The notes under the pieces are model-generated. The model searched no databases. It saw nothing but the letters and a program-made list of their open reading frames with translations, and was not told the DNA's origin. Positions 47,679 through 57,665 of a stretch of 64,000 bases of DNA are shown one piece after another. Source of the DNA: an uncultured delta proteobacterium (GTDB lineage Bacteria > Myxococcota_A > Polyangia > Polyangiales > Houyiibacteriaceae). The stretch spans positions 231,831-295,830 of the forward strand of contig CAVOVB010000005.1 of the NCBI GenBank assembly GCA_963699755.1. Reading direction: 5' to 3'. Made by a program: the position numbers and the translations under genes. Each line of letters begins with the position of its first letter. Position 1 is the first letter of the stretch.

Positions 47679-49193
47679 ATGGCGAACAACACACTTCTGA
47701 TCAACGTCGATATTGGAGAAACGCGCGTTGGTCTCATTGCGGACGGTGTGCTCCGCGAGCTCTACGTCGAACGGCGGCATCACCGCTCCCCGGTCGGCAA
47801 CATCTACCTCGGCCGAGTGACGCGCGTGCTGCCAGGCATGCAAGCGGCGTTCATCGATATCGGTCTCGACCGCGCGGCTTTCCTCCACGTAGAGGATCTC
47901 CAGGCGGCGCCTGGCGCTGAATTGGAGAGCGAGGGCGGCGATAAGAAAAGCGCCTCCACGGGGCGAATGAATCGCGTCTCGAGGAAAACACCGATTCGCG
48001 ACCTTCTCAATGAGGGGCAGCAACTCATGGTGCAGGTTTCCAAAGGGCCGATCGGCACCAAGGGCGCTCGCGTCACGAGCCACGTTGCGCTTCCGGGTCG
48101 CTACGTCGTGTTCATGCCTACGGTGGACCACGTCGGCGTGTCGAAGCGCATTGGCAGCGACCTAGAGCGGCGGAGGCTCAAAGAGGTGATCGACTCGGTG
48201 AAGCCGCCGCATGGCGGCGTGGTCGTGAGGACACTCGCTCAAGGCCTGACCAAGAAGAAGCTCAAGGCCGACATTGGGTACCTCGTACAGCTCTGGGAAC
48301 AGACACAGACTGCCCGGGCCGCAGTCAAGAAGGCGCCTGCGCTGGTGCACGAGGAGCCAGATCTGGTGATTCAGTCAGCGCGAGATCTATTCACCGAGGA
48401 TATCAGCGAGATCGTCATCGACGACCGTGACGAATACCGGCGGCTCAAGGACTTCCTGACACTATTTCTTCCTGAACGTGCGAACGACGTTCGACTCTAC
48501 GAAGGATACGAACCGCTGTTCGACGAGTACGGAATCGAGGAGGAGATCACCCGCGCGCTGTCACGCCGAGTTCAGCTCCCATCAGGTGGGCATCTCGTAA
48601 TCGACCAGGCAGAGGCGTTGACGGCTATCGACGTCAATACCGGGAGATTCACCGGGAAAGGGCGCGACGTCGAACAGACGATCTTGCAGACCAACCTCGA
48701 GGCAGTCCGCGAGATCGCGTATCAGCTCTTATTCCGCAACATCGGCGGTTTGATTGTGCTCGACTTCATCGACATGGAGCGGCACGCCCATCGAGAGAAG
48801 GTGTTCAAAGCGCTTCTTGCCGCCCTCAAGGATGACAAGTCGAGAACGACCGCGATTCGAATCAGCGAGCTCGGCCTGGTCGAAATGACTCGAAAGCGGA
48901 CACGACAATCGCTTGGGCGAACGCTATATGAACCATGCTTCTTCTGCGATGGGACCGGCCTCCTTCAGTCGAAGGAGACGGTGTGTCACGAAATTTTCCG
49001 ACAGATGCGGCGCGAGCGGGACTCGCTGCCCGGCTACAAAATCGTCATCAGTGCCCATCCAGCGGTCTGCGACATGCTCGATCGCGAGGAAAAGGCTTCG
49101 GTAGCAGAGGCCGCGCGACGTTTTCAACGACGTATCGAATTGAACCCGCGAAACGACTATCATCTGGAGCAATTCGACCTGACGGGAGACTGA
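47679..49193 (+). CDS. rng: Ribonuclease G/E family (catalytic domain only)
   Basis: GNIYLG, PGMQAAF, DVNTG, GGLIVLDFIDM, GLVEMTRKR and CFFC motifs. Confidence 0.9.
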   Translation: MANNTLLINVDIGETRVGLIADGVLRELYVERRHHRSPVGNIYLGRVTRVLPGMQAAFIDIGLDRAAFLHVEDLQAAPGAELESEGGDKKSASTGRMNRVSRKTPIRDLLNEGQQLMVQVSKGPIGTKGARVTSHVALPGRYVVFMPTVDHVGVSKRIGSDLERRRLKEVIDSVKPPHGGVVVRTLAQGLTKKKLKADIGYLVQLWEQTQTARAAVKKAPALVHEEPDLVIQSARDLFTEDISEIVIDDRDEYRRLKDFLTLFLPERANDVRLYEGYEPLFDEYGIEEEITRALSRRVQLPSGGHLVIDQAEALTAIDVNTGRFTGKGRDVEQTILQTNLEAVREIAYQLLFRNIGGLIVLDFIDMERHAHREKVFKALLAALKDDKSRTTAIRISELGLVEMTRKRTRQSLGRTLYEPCFFCDGTGLLQSKETVCHEIFRQMRRERDSLPGYKIVISAHPAVCDMLDREEKASVAEAARRFQRRIELNPRNDYHLEQFDLTGD

Positions 49194-49200
49194 CGTTTCG

Positions 49201-49530
49201 ATGAGCAACGACGACGGCCAACGCATCGAGAAGCGGGTCACGATCAACAAAGAGTTCGAATCTTTCGATGCTTTTGTCCATGAGTACGTCACGAACGTAT
49301 CGCGATCGGGTGTCTTCATTCGGTCGAGAGAACCCTTGCCGATTGGGACAGAGGTTCAACTCACTTTCACGGTGATCATGGACGACGTCGCAACCATCGA
49401 AGGACTAGGCCAGGTGGTTCGCGTACAGGATGACCCGCCCGGAATGGGCGTCGCCTTCACCGAGCTCACCAAGTACTCCGAAGATCTACTCGCGCGCCTG
49501 TTGACCTTGCACGGCGCCCCGCGATCATGA
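49201..49530 (+). CDS. Stand-alone PilZ domain protein (myxobacterial type)
   Basis: RIEKR (RxxxR), NVSRSG ((D/N)xSxxG) and GMGVAF motifs. Confidence 0.88.
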   Translation: MSNDDGQRIEKRVTINKEFESFDAFVHEYVTNVSRSGVFIRSREPLPIGTEVQLTFTVIMDDVATIEGLGQVVRVQDDPPGMGVAFTELTKYSEDLLARLLTLHGAPRS

Positions 49531-49862
49531 TGCGATTGAGCGACGGGCGGTTTGGGCCCTCAGGCCGAAAGCTCGCGGACCTGAGCGATGAAGAGCTCCT
49601 GCAGGAGCGCGCGAGGCGCCGCGGCGAACAGCCCCCGGACGAGTCGAAGCCCACTTGGCGACGCGTGAAGCAGTACCTGGCGAACCTCGAGCTCAGCCCT
49701 GGCGCTACCTGGCCTGAAGTCGAACGCGCCTACGGGCGGCTGCGCGAGCGCTACAGCCCGGAGAAGCACGAAGGGCACCCTGAACGCCACGAGGCCGCGC
49801 AGGAGCTGAGCCAATCGCTTGCCAATGCGTACCAGGCGCTTCGCCGGTATTTTCGGCAGTAA
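49527..49862 (+). CDS. Small J-domain-like protein lacking HPD
   Basis: LELSPGATWPEVERAY..L..RYSPEKH...AYQAL pattern. Confidence 0.7.
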   Translation: MMRLSDGRFGPSGRKLADLSDEELLQERARRRGEQPPDESKPTWRRVKQYLANLELSPGATWPEVERAYGRLRERYSPEKHEGHPERHEAAQELSQSLANAYQALRRYFRQ

Positions 49863-49948
49863 CGGGAGCTCGACAGTTGGCGCGTCGCGGTTACGGTCAT
49901 GCACATGCGAGAGCGAGTCGCGGATCAGCGGTCGAGGGGATCGCTGGG

Positions 49949-50899
49949 TCAGTCGGCGACTAGGTAGCCTTTTTCGAGGAGAGCGACGACGACTTCGGCG
50001 ATTTCCGGATCGGGTTTTCCGGCATGGTTCATCAGGTCGACGAGGGTGTCGTGCTGGAGGGCGAGCTCGATGACGTCGAGCTCTTCCGGTGTCGCGTCGC
50101 GAAGCGGCTGTCCCATGGGGGACGCCACGCTGATCAACGATTGCAGCGGCGGCAGTGCGTCTCCAAGGCGGAGCATCTCGTCGAGCTGGCGCATACCCTC
50201 CATGAGTAGGCCTTCGACGCTGCTCTGGATCTCCGTCGGGAAGCTCCTCTCTGCCTTGGGCAGAAGATCGAAGGTGCCCTTGTTCCAGACGAGCACACGG
50301 TAGAAGGCCTTCTCGGGCGGCACCGATTCGTCGCCGTTCACGACGGCGAACTGGACCATGCCGTCTTCGAGGTAGATCGAGCCGACGTCAGTCTCGGTCG
50401 TGATTTGCAAGACCCCCGTCTTCTTGGAGGCGGCGAAGAGCTGAAGCAGGTCGGGCAGCGCAACCTCGGCGATGGAGCCGGTCATGGTGCTCCCCGGAGA
50501 TGGGCGTGCGCTCGCATAGGCGGCATCCATTTTGGCCTTGGCGTCCTTGGCGGAGGCAGACCCATCGGAGGCAACGACCTTGATGATGCTCGTGCCGATC
50601 AAGATTCGGTCACCCTCGCCCAACTTGGTCCGGGAGATCTTCTCGCCGTTGACGAAGCTCCCGTTCGTCGAACCGAGGTCCTCCAAGAAGATATCTCCGC
50701 CTTCGACGGAGATCTTCGCATGGCGTCGGGAGACCATGTCCTCGACCAGAACCATGTCGAGCTCGCTGGAGCGTCCGATAACAATCTCGCCGCTGTCAGG
50801 AAGCGGGAACTCCCCACCCTGGTACTTCCCCGAGATGAAACGCAGCGCCAACGGCAACGCCAGACCTTCGATCACCAACTCCCCTCGCTCAAACCCCAT
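49949..50899 (-). CDS. FHA + DUF4388 domain protein
   Basis: IGR...VSRRHA...GSTNG FHA domain; GSI....LPDLLQL....KTGVL...W.KG.F...LLMEG DUF4388 pattern. Confidence 0.88.
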   Translation of the reverse strand: MGFERGELVIEGLALPLALRFISGKYQGGEFPLPDSGEIVIGRSSELDMVLVEDMVSRRHAKISVEGGDIFLEDLGSTNGSFVNGEKISRTKLGEGDRILIGTSIIKVVASDGSASAKDAKAKMDAAYASARPSPGSTMTGSIAEVALPDLLQLFAASKKTGVLQITTETDVGSIYLEDGMVQFAVVNGDESVPPEKAFYRVLVWNKGTFDLLPKAERSFPTEIQSSVEGLLMEGMRQLDEMLRLGDALPPLQSLISVASPMGQPLRDATPEELDVIELALQHDTLVDLMNHAGKPDPEIAEVVVALLEKGYLVAD

Positions 50900-51031
50900 T
50901 CTTACGAAACCCCATCCCTGATTAGATTTAAGGCTAGGAGCTGGCCATGCGTCTGGTCAAGCCTTTCGCCGAGACGGGAGGGTGAACGGCTGGTTATGGG
51001 TTCCGTCGGGGCCCATGCTAGAAAGCCTGGG

Positions 51032-53917
51032 ATGGCCCGCACGGCGGCTGCGATGGCCTTTCTGCTGGGGCTTTTGGGGGTCTTACCGGCGGAGGCTCAG
51101 ACCAAGGACTTGTCCAGGCGCTGGCGGGCGGTCCGGAGCGAGCATTTCGAGGTGAGCTACCCCGAGCCCCTGGCCCTGGTGGCCCGGCGGGTCTTGGCGA
51201 TCGCGGAGAGGGCCAACGCGAACATGGCTCCCCTCCTCGGTCACCAGCCGAAGAAGCGGGTCCAGATTGTCCTGACCGACGAGACTGACGCCGCGAACGG
51301 CAACGCCACGCCACTTCACTACAACGCGATTCGGCTCTTCGTGAGCGCACCCGATGATCTCTCGGTGCTCGGCGACTTCGACGACTGGATGACGGTCCTG
51401 GTGACTCACGAGCACGCTCACATTCTGCACACCGACAACATCGGCGGCCTGCCTTCCGTGATCAACGAGATCCTGGGGAAGGTCTGGGCACCGAACCTCC
51501 TTCAGCCGCGTTGGATCGTCGAAGGCATGGCGACCTACCTGGAGTCGCGCGAGACGGCCGGCGGCCGAATGCGATCGACGCAGTTCGAGATGTACATGCG
51601 GATGGCATTTCTCGACGACAACATTTTGCACTTCGATACGCTCAACAACCGAACCGACTACTGGCCCCATGGCGACATCTGGTACCTGTACGGATCGCGC
51701 TTCATCAAGTGGCTCGTCGAGCAGTATGGCGAAGAGATCTTCGGGGAGATAGCAACATGGTACGGGCGCCGCGCCCTTCCGTTTAGCGTGAACCGCATGG
51801 GCAGGCGGCTCACCGGAAAGACCTTCGGCGAGCTTTACGCGCTTTGGATCAAGGACATGCGCCGGCAGTACGGGGACGTCGAAGCCCAAGTGCGCGCGGA
51901 TGGCATGACGCAGGGCCGCCGGATTACGTTTCGCGGGGAGTGGGTTCGCGGCCTGCGCTTCGCCGACGAAAATCGCTTGGTTTACTTTGCACGTGATGGA
52001 CGAAGCGACCCTCAGATCCGGACGCTCGATCTGTCGAAGGGCAACGCGGTCAAACGGATCGTGCGAAGTGCTGGCGAAAGCTACCCGACCGTGCACCCCA
52101 GCGGCGAGCTCTACTTCGAATCGTTCGACGCATACAAAACCAACATCTATTTCTACTACGACCTCTTCCGCCTGGACCCGCGCGGGGCTTGGGACCGAAA
52201 ACGGCTGACCCACGGGCTTCGCGCACGGTACCCCGACATCTCCCCGGACGGTCGGAGGATCGCCTACGTTCGAAACGACGCCAGCACCCAGAGCTTGTGG
52301 ATCGCCGACCTCGATGACATCGAAGGGACACAAGAGGTTCTCGTCGAAAGTAAACGGTTCGAGCAGGTCTACACGCCTCGGTTCTCACCCGATGGCACGA
52401 AGGTGGCCTACAGCGCGTGGCGAAAGGGTGGCTACCGCGACATCCAGGTGATCGACCTCGCCACCGAGGGGATTACCTCAGTCACCCATGACCGGGCCAT
52501 GGACACGGGGCCGGCCTGGTCCCCCGACGGCCGCAAGCTCTATTTTTCGAGCGACCGCACGGGCATTGCGAACATCTACAGCTGGGAGCCCGCGAGTGGC
52601 GAGGTGTCACAACTCACCAACGTGGTCTCCGGAGCCTACACCCCGGCGCCCTCCCCGGACGGCCGCAGGCTCGCGTACATCGGCTACACGAGCCGCGGAT
52701 ACGACATCTACCTCCTCGAGCTCGACCCCGAGACCGGACGCCCGGCATCGCCCTACATCGATGACCGTCCAGCACCCAGCAACGCCGATGCCCTGGTTGC
52801 TGATCTCTCGAGACGTTACGCCGGCGCCCGAACGCTATACCCGCGGTTTTGGGGCATCGACCTGCAGGAGGACGCGTTCGGCCAGCAGCTTGGAATCTTC
52901 ACGGAAGGCGAGGACGCAGCTCAGTTCCATCTGCTCTACGCGCGGCTCGGCATCAGCTTGGCGGAGGGCTATGTCAACGCGGACCTGAGCTACACGCTGC
53001 GCCGCCTGCCTCCTGACTTGACGGCTTCGTTCTTCCGTCGAGTGACGCCCCGTAGCGGATTCATCGTCAACGGGCGACCCAGGCCGTACGTCGAGGACGC
53101 CTATGGCGGACGGCTCACGATTTCTCAGCTCATACCACGCTCGTTTCATTCGAATCGCATCAGCGCCAGCTACGGGCTGACCTGGACGCGATCGCTTTCG
53201 AGCTTCAACGGCACGCTCAGCCCGAACTATGCACCGCCGATCGTTCCGGCGACCGGCCTCAACGCAGACATAGGCCTTTCATGGAGTTACAACGATGCGC
53301 GGCGACACCTCTACGACTATACGCCGTCCGAGGGACGCAGCTTCGGGGCGGCGCTGTCGTTCGCGCACCCCGGGATCGGCAGTCGCTTCAAGAGCATCCG
53401 AGCGTCCTGGTTCATTCGTCGGTTCATCGAGATGCCCTGGTCGCAACATCACGTCCTCGCATTTCGCTACGGTGGCGGCGCGGGCGAGGATAGCCGCGGC
53501 GAGCGCGGTTTGTTCTCCTTGGGCGGGTTTCCGGACACCTCGCTGCTCGATCAGCTCCTCAACTTCGAGCAGCTCGGAGGGGTGGCCCTTCGCGGCTATC
53601 CAGCCTTTTCGATCGTCGGGGACCGATTCCACCTGCTTCAAACCGAGTACCGATTCCCGCTCACGCGCGTGCTCCGGGGCCCGGGTACGGTGCCTGCCTT
53701 CTTTGACCGCATGTACGGGCTGCTGTTCTTCGACTTCGGCAATACGTATTTCGGACCGCTTGATCTCCAGCAGTTTCGAAAGGGCGTGGGCGCCGAGATA
53801 CTGATGGACTTCACCCTCGGCTACGTGCAGTCGTACTCGCTGCGCCTCGGCTTCGCCTACGGCTTGGACCAGGGCGGCGGCGCACAGTTCTATGTCAACT
53901 TCGGCAGGCCGTTCTAA
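51032..53917 (+). CDS. Omp85-superfamily protein with N-terminal zincin-like domain and TolB/PD40 beta-propeller
   Basis: Signal peptide; HEHAH...EGMATY; four SPDG repeats; LRGY loop motif; C-terminal Phe. The ORF-track start at 50405 overlaps the opposite-strand gene. Confidence 0.8.
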   Translation: MARTAAAMAFLLGLLGVLPAEAQTKDLSRRWRAVRSEHFEVSYPEPLALVARRVLAIAERANANMAPLLGHQPKKRVQIVLTDETDAANGNATPLHYNAIRLFVSAPDDLSVLGDFDDWMTVLVTHEHAHILHTDNIGGLPSVINEILGKVWAPNLLQPRWIVEGMATYLESRETAGGRMRSTQFEMYMRMAFLDDNILHFDTLNNRTDYWPHGDIWYLYGSRFIKWLVEQYGEEIFGEIATWYGRRALPFSVNRMGRRLTGKTFGELYALWIKDMRRQYGDVEAQVRADGMTQGRRITFRGEWVRGLRFADENRLVYFARDGRSDPQIRTLDLSKGNAVKRIVRSAGESYPTVHPSGELYFESFDAYKTNIYFYYDLFRLDPRGAWDRKRLTHGLRARYPDISPDGRRIAYVRNDASTQSLWIADLDDIEGTQEVLVESKRFEQVYTPRFSPDGTKVAYSAWRKGGYRDIQVIDLATEGITSVTHDRAMDTGPAWSPDGRKLYFSSDRTGIANIYSWEPASGEVSQLTNVVSGAYTPAPSPDGRRLAYIGYTSRGYDIYLLELDPETGRPASPYIDDRPAPSNADALVADLSRRYAGARTLYPRFWGIDLQEDAFGQQLGIFTEGEDAAQFHLLYARLGISLAEGYVNADLSYTLRRLPPDLTASFFRRVTPRSGFIVNGRPRPYVEDAYGGRLTISQLIPRSFHSNRISASYGLTWTRSLSSFNGTLSPNYAPPIVPATGLNADIGLSWSYNDARRHLYDYTPSEGRSFGAALSFAHPGIGSRFKSIRASWFIRRFIEMPWSQHHVLAFRYGGGAGEDSRGERGLFSLGGFPDTSLLDQLLNFEQLGGVALRGYPAFSIVGDRFHLLQTEYRFPLTRVLRGPGTVPAFFDRMYGLLFFDFGNTYFGPLDLQQFRKGVGAEILMDFTLGYVQSYSLRLGFAYGLDQGGGAQFYVNFGRPF

Positions 53918-53932
53918 GGGCTAGCGCTACGG

Positions 53933-54490
53933 CTATACCTCGAGGATGTCGGCTTCTTTCTTGGTGACGATCGTGTCGACCTTTTGGGTGCCGCTTTTGA
54001 CGACCTCTTCGAGCTCCTTGCGAGCACGATCCGCGTCGTCTTCACCGACCTCTCCCTCTTTTTGGAGGCTGTCGATCATGTCTTTGGCCTCGTGCCGCGC
54101 CTTGCGGATCGCTACCTTGCACTCCTCGCCCGACTTGCGGGCGATCTTGACCAAATCCTTGCGGCGCTCCTCGGTCAGCGGTGGCATGGGGAGGCGGATG
54201 ATCTCGCCATCGTTGGATGGGTTGAGGCCCAGCTGAGCTTCCATGATCGCCTTTTCGATCGGCTGCATCTGGCTCCGGTCGAACGGCTTGAGAACGATCA
54301 TCCGCGGCTCGGGCACCGAGATCGACGCGAGCTGCTTGAGCGGGGTCGGCGAGCCGTAGTAGTCGACGCGAAGGCCGTCGAGAATCGCCGGGTTGGCTCG
54401 TCCCGCGCGAATCTTTGCGAGGTCGCGCTTGAGAGACTCATGCGCTTTTTCGATTGAAGTGCCCAGCTCTTCTAGAATTTCAGCAATCAT
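53933..54490 (-). CDS. frr: Ribosome recycling factor
   Basis: IRAGRA, VDYYG, LGLNP and PPLTEERR motifs. Confidence 0.97.
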   Translation of the reverse strand: MIAEILEELGTSIEKAHESLKRDLAKIRAGRANPAILDGLRVDYYGSPTPLKQLASISVPEPRMIVLKPFDRSQMQPIEKAIMEAQLGLNPSNDGEIIRLPMPPLTEERRKDLVKIARKSGEECKVAIRKARHEAKDMIDSLQKEGEVGEDDADRARKELEEVVKSGTQKVDTIVTKKEADILEV

Positions 54491-54514
54491 CGCTCTCCCC
54501 GATCTGAGCGGAGC

Positions 54515-55243
54515 TCAACCCTCCGCGGTCACTAGGCTACCGACGTCTTCGCCCATGACAACCCGCTTGATGTTTCCAGGCTCGGTCAGCTTGAAAACCC
54601 GGACGGGCAAATTGTTGTCGCGGCACAGGGCGACCGCTGTCGCGTCCATGACGCCGACCCGCTCCATCAGGAAGCGATCGTAGCTAATCCGCCGCACCAT
54701 GGTGGCGTCTTCGTGACGGACCGGGTCCTTGTCGTAGATCCCCTTGACCTTGGTAGCCTTGCAGAGCGCGTCGGCGTGGATCTCCATCGCTCGCAGCGCG
54801 GCTGCGGTGTCGGTAGAGAAGTAAGGGTTGCCTGTGCCGGCAACGAAAATCACGACCCGCCCCTTTTCCAAATGGCGCACGGCCCGGCGCCGAATGTATG
54901 GCTCCGCAACGGCCTTGACCTCGAGTGCGCTCATCACGCGGGTATCGACCCCGGCCTTCTCGAGCCCGTCTTGGAGCGCAATGCCGTTGATGACGGTCGC
55001 CAACATGCCCATATGGTCGGCCGCGGTCCGGTCCATCCCATTGGCGCTGCCTTTGAGGCCGCGGAAGATGTTGCCACCGCCGATGACGATGCCGATTTGG
55101 CATCCACTGGCGTGGACTTCGGCCAGCTCCTCGCTGATCGCTTTCAGGGTCCCAGGCTCGATGCTGCTGCCGGCGGGTCCGCCGGAAAGCACTTCTCCCG
55201 AGAGCTTGAGCAGTACCCGCGTGAGCTTGGCCCCATTCGTCAT
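54515..55243 (-). CDS. pyrH: UMP kinase
   Basis: [14 protein letters not shown] and [10 protein letters not shown] motifs. Confidence 0.97.
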   Translation of the reverse strand: MTNGAKLTRVLLKLSGEVLSGGPAGSSIEPGTLKAISEELAEVHASGCQIGIVIGGGNIFRGLKGSANGMDRTAADHMGMLATVINGIALQDGLEKAGVDTRVMSALEVKAVAEPYIRRRAVRHLEKGRVVIFVAGTGNPYFSTDTAAALRAMEIHADALCKATKVKGIYDKDPVRHEDATMVRRISYDRFLMERVGVMDATAVALCRDNNLPVRVFKLTEPGNIKRVVMGEDVGSLVTAEG

Positions 55244-55246
55244 GAC

Positions 55247-55924
55247 TCAAGAGCCTTTTAGCGCCTCAGTCACCTCCGCCGCCAGGTCCGATTTCTTTTT
55301 TTCGATTCCTTCACCCAGCTCGTAGCGCGCAAAGCGGCGAATACTGATTTTCTCGCCGAGTTTGGCGCTGAGCGCCTCGAGGAGCTGCCGAATCGTCTTG
55401 TCCTCATGCATGATGGACGTCTGGTCGAGAAGGCAGGACTCCTTCTTCCACTTCGCGAGCTTGCCTTCGACGATCTTCTCGACGGCCGCTGCGGGCTTCT
55501 CTTTACCGGTCGCCTTGGCTTCCTCGTCGAGCTGACCGCGAAAGACGGCCGTGCGGGCGAGGATCTCGTTCTCGGGGATGTCCTCCTCGCTCACGAAAAG
55601 GGGGTTCTCGGCGGCCACCTGCATGGCGGTATCCTCGACAAACTGCCGAAAATCCTCGCCGCGTGCGACGAAGTCGGTCTGACAGTTGACCTCGATGAGG
55701 ACGCCGACGCGGCCTGCGCCGTGGATGTACGCATGCACCAGACCATCGCCTGCGATGGCGCCGGCCTTTTTGGCGACTTTGCTGAGACCCTTCTTTTGAA
55801 TGATCTCGATCGCCTTCTCTTCGTCGCCTGCCGTTTCGCGAAGCGCGTCGCGACACGCCATCATCCCGGCGCCGGTGCGATCGCGAAGTGACTTCACCAT
55901 GGATGCGCTGATCTCGGACATCAT
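55247..55924 (-). CDS. tsf: Elongation factor Ts (short form)
   Basis: [21 protein letters not shown] and [11 protein letters not shown] motifs. Confidence 0.97.
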   Translation of the reverse strand: MMSEISASMVKSLRDRTGAGMMACRDALRETAGDEEKAIEIIQKKGLSKVAKKAGAIAGDGLVHAYIHGAGRVGVLIEVNCQTDFVARGEDFRQFVEDTAMQVAAENPLFVSEEDIPENEILARTAVFRGQLDEEAKATGKEKPAAAVEKIVEGKLAKWKKESCLLDQTSIMHEDKTIRQLLEALSAKLGEKISIRRFARYELGEGIEKKKSDLAAEVTEALKGS

Positions 55925-56796
55925 TCTCTTCCTTCAGGAGCTGGGGGGGCGGAGCCACGCCTACGAGCGAACTCGACATGAACGCCATCACCGCCGGAAT
56001 CGGGCGCCTGAGCACCGTCGTGCTGTAGGAAGTCGCGACGCTGCTGGCTCCCCTCGATGCATGCGTCGGCAACGCGCGAGGCGATTAACTTGATCGAGCG
56101 AATCGCATCGTCATTTCCGGGGATGACGAAGTCGATCAGATCGGGGTCGCAGTTGGTGTCGGTGAGCGCGACGATCGGAATGTGGAGCTTGCGCGCCTCG
56201 TTGACGGCAATGTGCTCGTTGTGCGGATCGATGACGAAGAGCACGGAGGGCAGGCCATTCATCATCTTGATGCCGCCGAGGTACTTCTCGAGCTTCTCGC
56301 CCTCACGGCGAATCGAGAGCGCTTCCTTCTTGCGCAGTGAATCGACGGTGCCGTCTTCGATCTGCTCTTCGATGTTGCGAAGGCGATCGATACCCCCCTT
56401 CATCGTGCGGAAGTTCGTCAGCGTGCCGCCGAGCCAACGACCCGTCACGTAGAACTGGCCGGCACGGTCCGCCTCTTCACGGACGATCTCGGCCGCCTGA
56501 CGCTTCGTACCGACGAACAGAACGTGTCCGCCGCGGCCTACCGTGTCGGCGATGAACGAGTACGCACGCTTGAACAGCTCAGCGGTCTGGTCCAGGTCGA
56601 TGATGTGAATCCCGTTGCGGGCGCCGTAGATGTAGGGGCGCATCCTCGGGTTCCAGCGCTTGGTCTGATGACCAAAATGGACGCCGGCATCGATGAGGGC
56701 CCGAAGGCCGATTGGCAGGTCACCCGACGCGACGTCGGGGCTTCCCAGGGCCGCCAACTCAGGCGCTTCCTGGGTCTCGAGTGTAGATTCAGCCAT
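55921..56796 (-). CDS. rpsB: 30S ribosomal protein S2
   Basis: [21 protein letters not shown] and [10 protein letters not shown] motifs. Confidence 0.98.
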   Translation of the reverse strand: MAESTLETQEAPELAALGSPDVASGDLPIGLRALIDAGVHFGHQTKRWNPRMRPYIYGARNGIHIIDLDQTAELFKRAYSFIADTVGRGGHVLFVGTKRQAAEIVREEADRAGQFYVTGRWLGGTLTNFRTMKGGIDRLRNIEEQIEDGTVDSLRKKEALSIRREGEKLEKYLGGIKMMNGLPSVLFVIDPHNEHIAVNEARKLHIPIVALTDTNCDPDLIDFVIPGNDDAIRSIKLIASRVADACIEGSQQRRDFLQHDGAQAPDSGGDGVHVEFARRRGSAPPAPEGRE

Positions 56797-56809
56797 TGCT
56801 CGTTTCTCC

Positions 56810-56890
56810 TTTCGGTTGAGCTGCCATCCCCCCAGACGAACAACCTCTGAAGAGGCACCGGAACGTCTGATCGAGCCGGGGGATGTGATG
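56810..56890 (-). ncRNA. rpsB 5' leader (S2 autoregulatory / t44-like RNA)
   Basis: Nested stems CATCCCCC/GGGGGATG, CAGACG/CGTCTG and CCTCT/AGAGG with a GGUGCC core, directly upstream of the rpsB RBS. Confidence 0.7.
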
Positions 56891-56933
56891 AGTTTCGAGG
56901 GCCAAGGCCTCCGGCTTCGGATGAAGCGGCGGA

Positions 56934-56942
56934 GCTATACCA
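56934..56942 (-). promoter_or_regulatory. Putative extended -10 promoter for rpsB-tsf-pyrH-frr
   Basis: Minus-strand TG-G-TATAGC followed by a GC-rich discriminator. Confidence 0.5.
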
Positions 56943-57076
56943 GGGGGAGCGGGGGGGTGCCAGGCGAGAGGGATCTGGGGTGGGGTCAGCGACAGCGGCA
57001 GTTCCAGCGCCAGCGAAGCCCCGTGGGCGGCGCGAAGCGGCGTCTCCTCGGGGTAACGGTGCCAGCGCTCAGCGGA

Positions 57077-57643
57077 TTAGCTCTTCAATTTCGACCAGAT
57101 CGGGGGCTTGGCGGAGGCTGGATCGCTGGCGCCTATGTTGCTGGCAGCGCTCAGCACTTTCGCTGTCGCCGCCAGGCCCTCCTGCAAATGTGGGGCCCAG
57201 GGGGCCTTGATCGAACGCGCGGCGCCCTGCCTGGCCCTGACCGTCGCCGGGTCAGCGTCACCCGCGAACGGGTCGTCCGGAAGCTCGTCATAATAGCTGC
57301 GGAAGTCCGTCGTGGGGGCGAGGGCTTGGCGGAGACCGTGCTGGCCGGTGAGCCAGGCCTGCAGGCGCAGGCAGGCGTGCTCCTGCGAGACGTCGCGTTC
57401 GCTTTCGTTGTCCAGGCCGAAGTCGGGCACGCCGAGGCTGTCCTCACCTTCGATGAGGGAATGGCACAGCTCGTGGAGGATCATCTGCGCGAGGCAGTCG
57501 TCGGCGTCGAGGGTGCTCGGGTCGCCAATGGTCATGACGCCCTTCCCGTCGGTCGACGCATACACCTCTGCGGAGCGGAGCACGCGAAAGCCGATGCGGT
57601 CGGCGACCGTGAGCCAGATCGCGTCGAGGGGGTCGAGGTACAT
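57077..57643 (-). CDS. HExxH metalloprotein resembling EpmC/YfcM
   Basis: HELCHSLIEG...DFG motif followed by a distal Glu (QEHAC). Confidence 0.6.
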   Translation of the reverse strand: MYLDPLDAIWLTVADRIGFRVLRSAEVYASTDGKGVMTIGDPSTLDADDCLAQMILHELCHSLIEGEDSLGVPDFGLDNESERDVSQEHACLRLQAWLTGQHGLRQALAPTTDFRSYYDELPDDPFAGDADPATVRARQGAARSIKAPWAPHLQEGLAATAKVLSAASNIGASDPASAKPPIWSKLKS

Positions 57644-57665
57644 GGACGGAGGGTTTCGCTGCACG

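Noticed and set aside
50405..51031. N-terminal ~209 aa of the 1170-aa ORF call
   Set aside because: It overlaps the FHA-DUF4388 gene on the opposite strand, and the signal peptide indicates a start near 51032.
55247..55924. EF-Ts shorter than the E. coli protein, possible truncation
   Set aside because: The short form of EF-Ts is a known natural variant, and both terminal motifs are intact.
56948..56962. Sigma54 promoter (TGGCAC...GC) upstream of rpsB
   Set aside because: GG-to-GC spacing is 9 rather than the required 10, and an extended -10 explains the site better.
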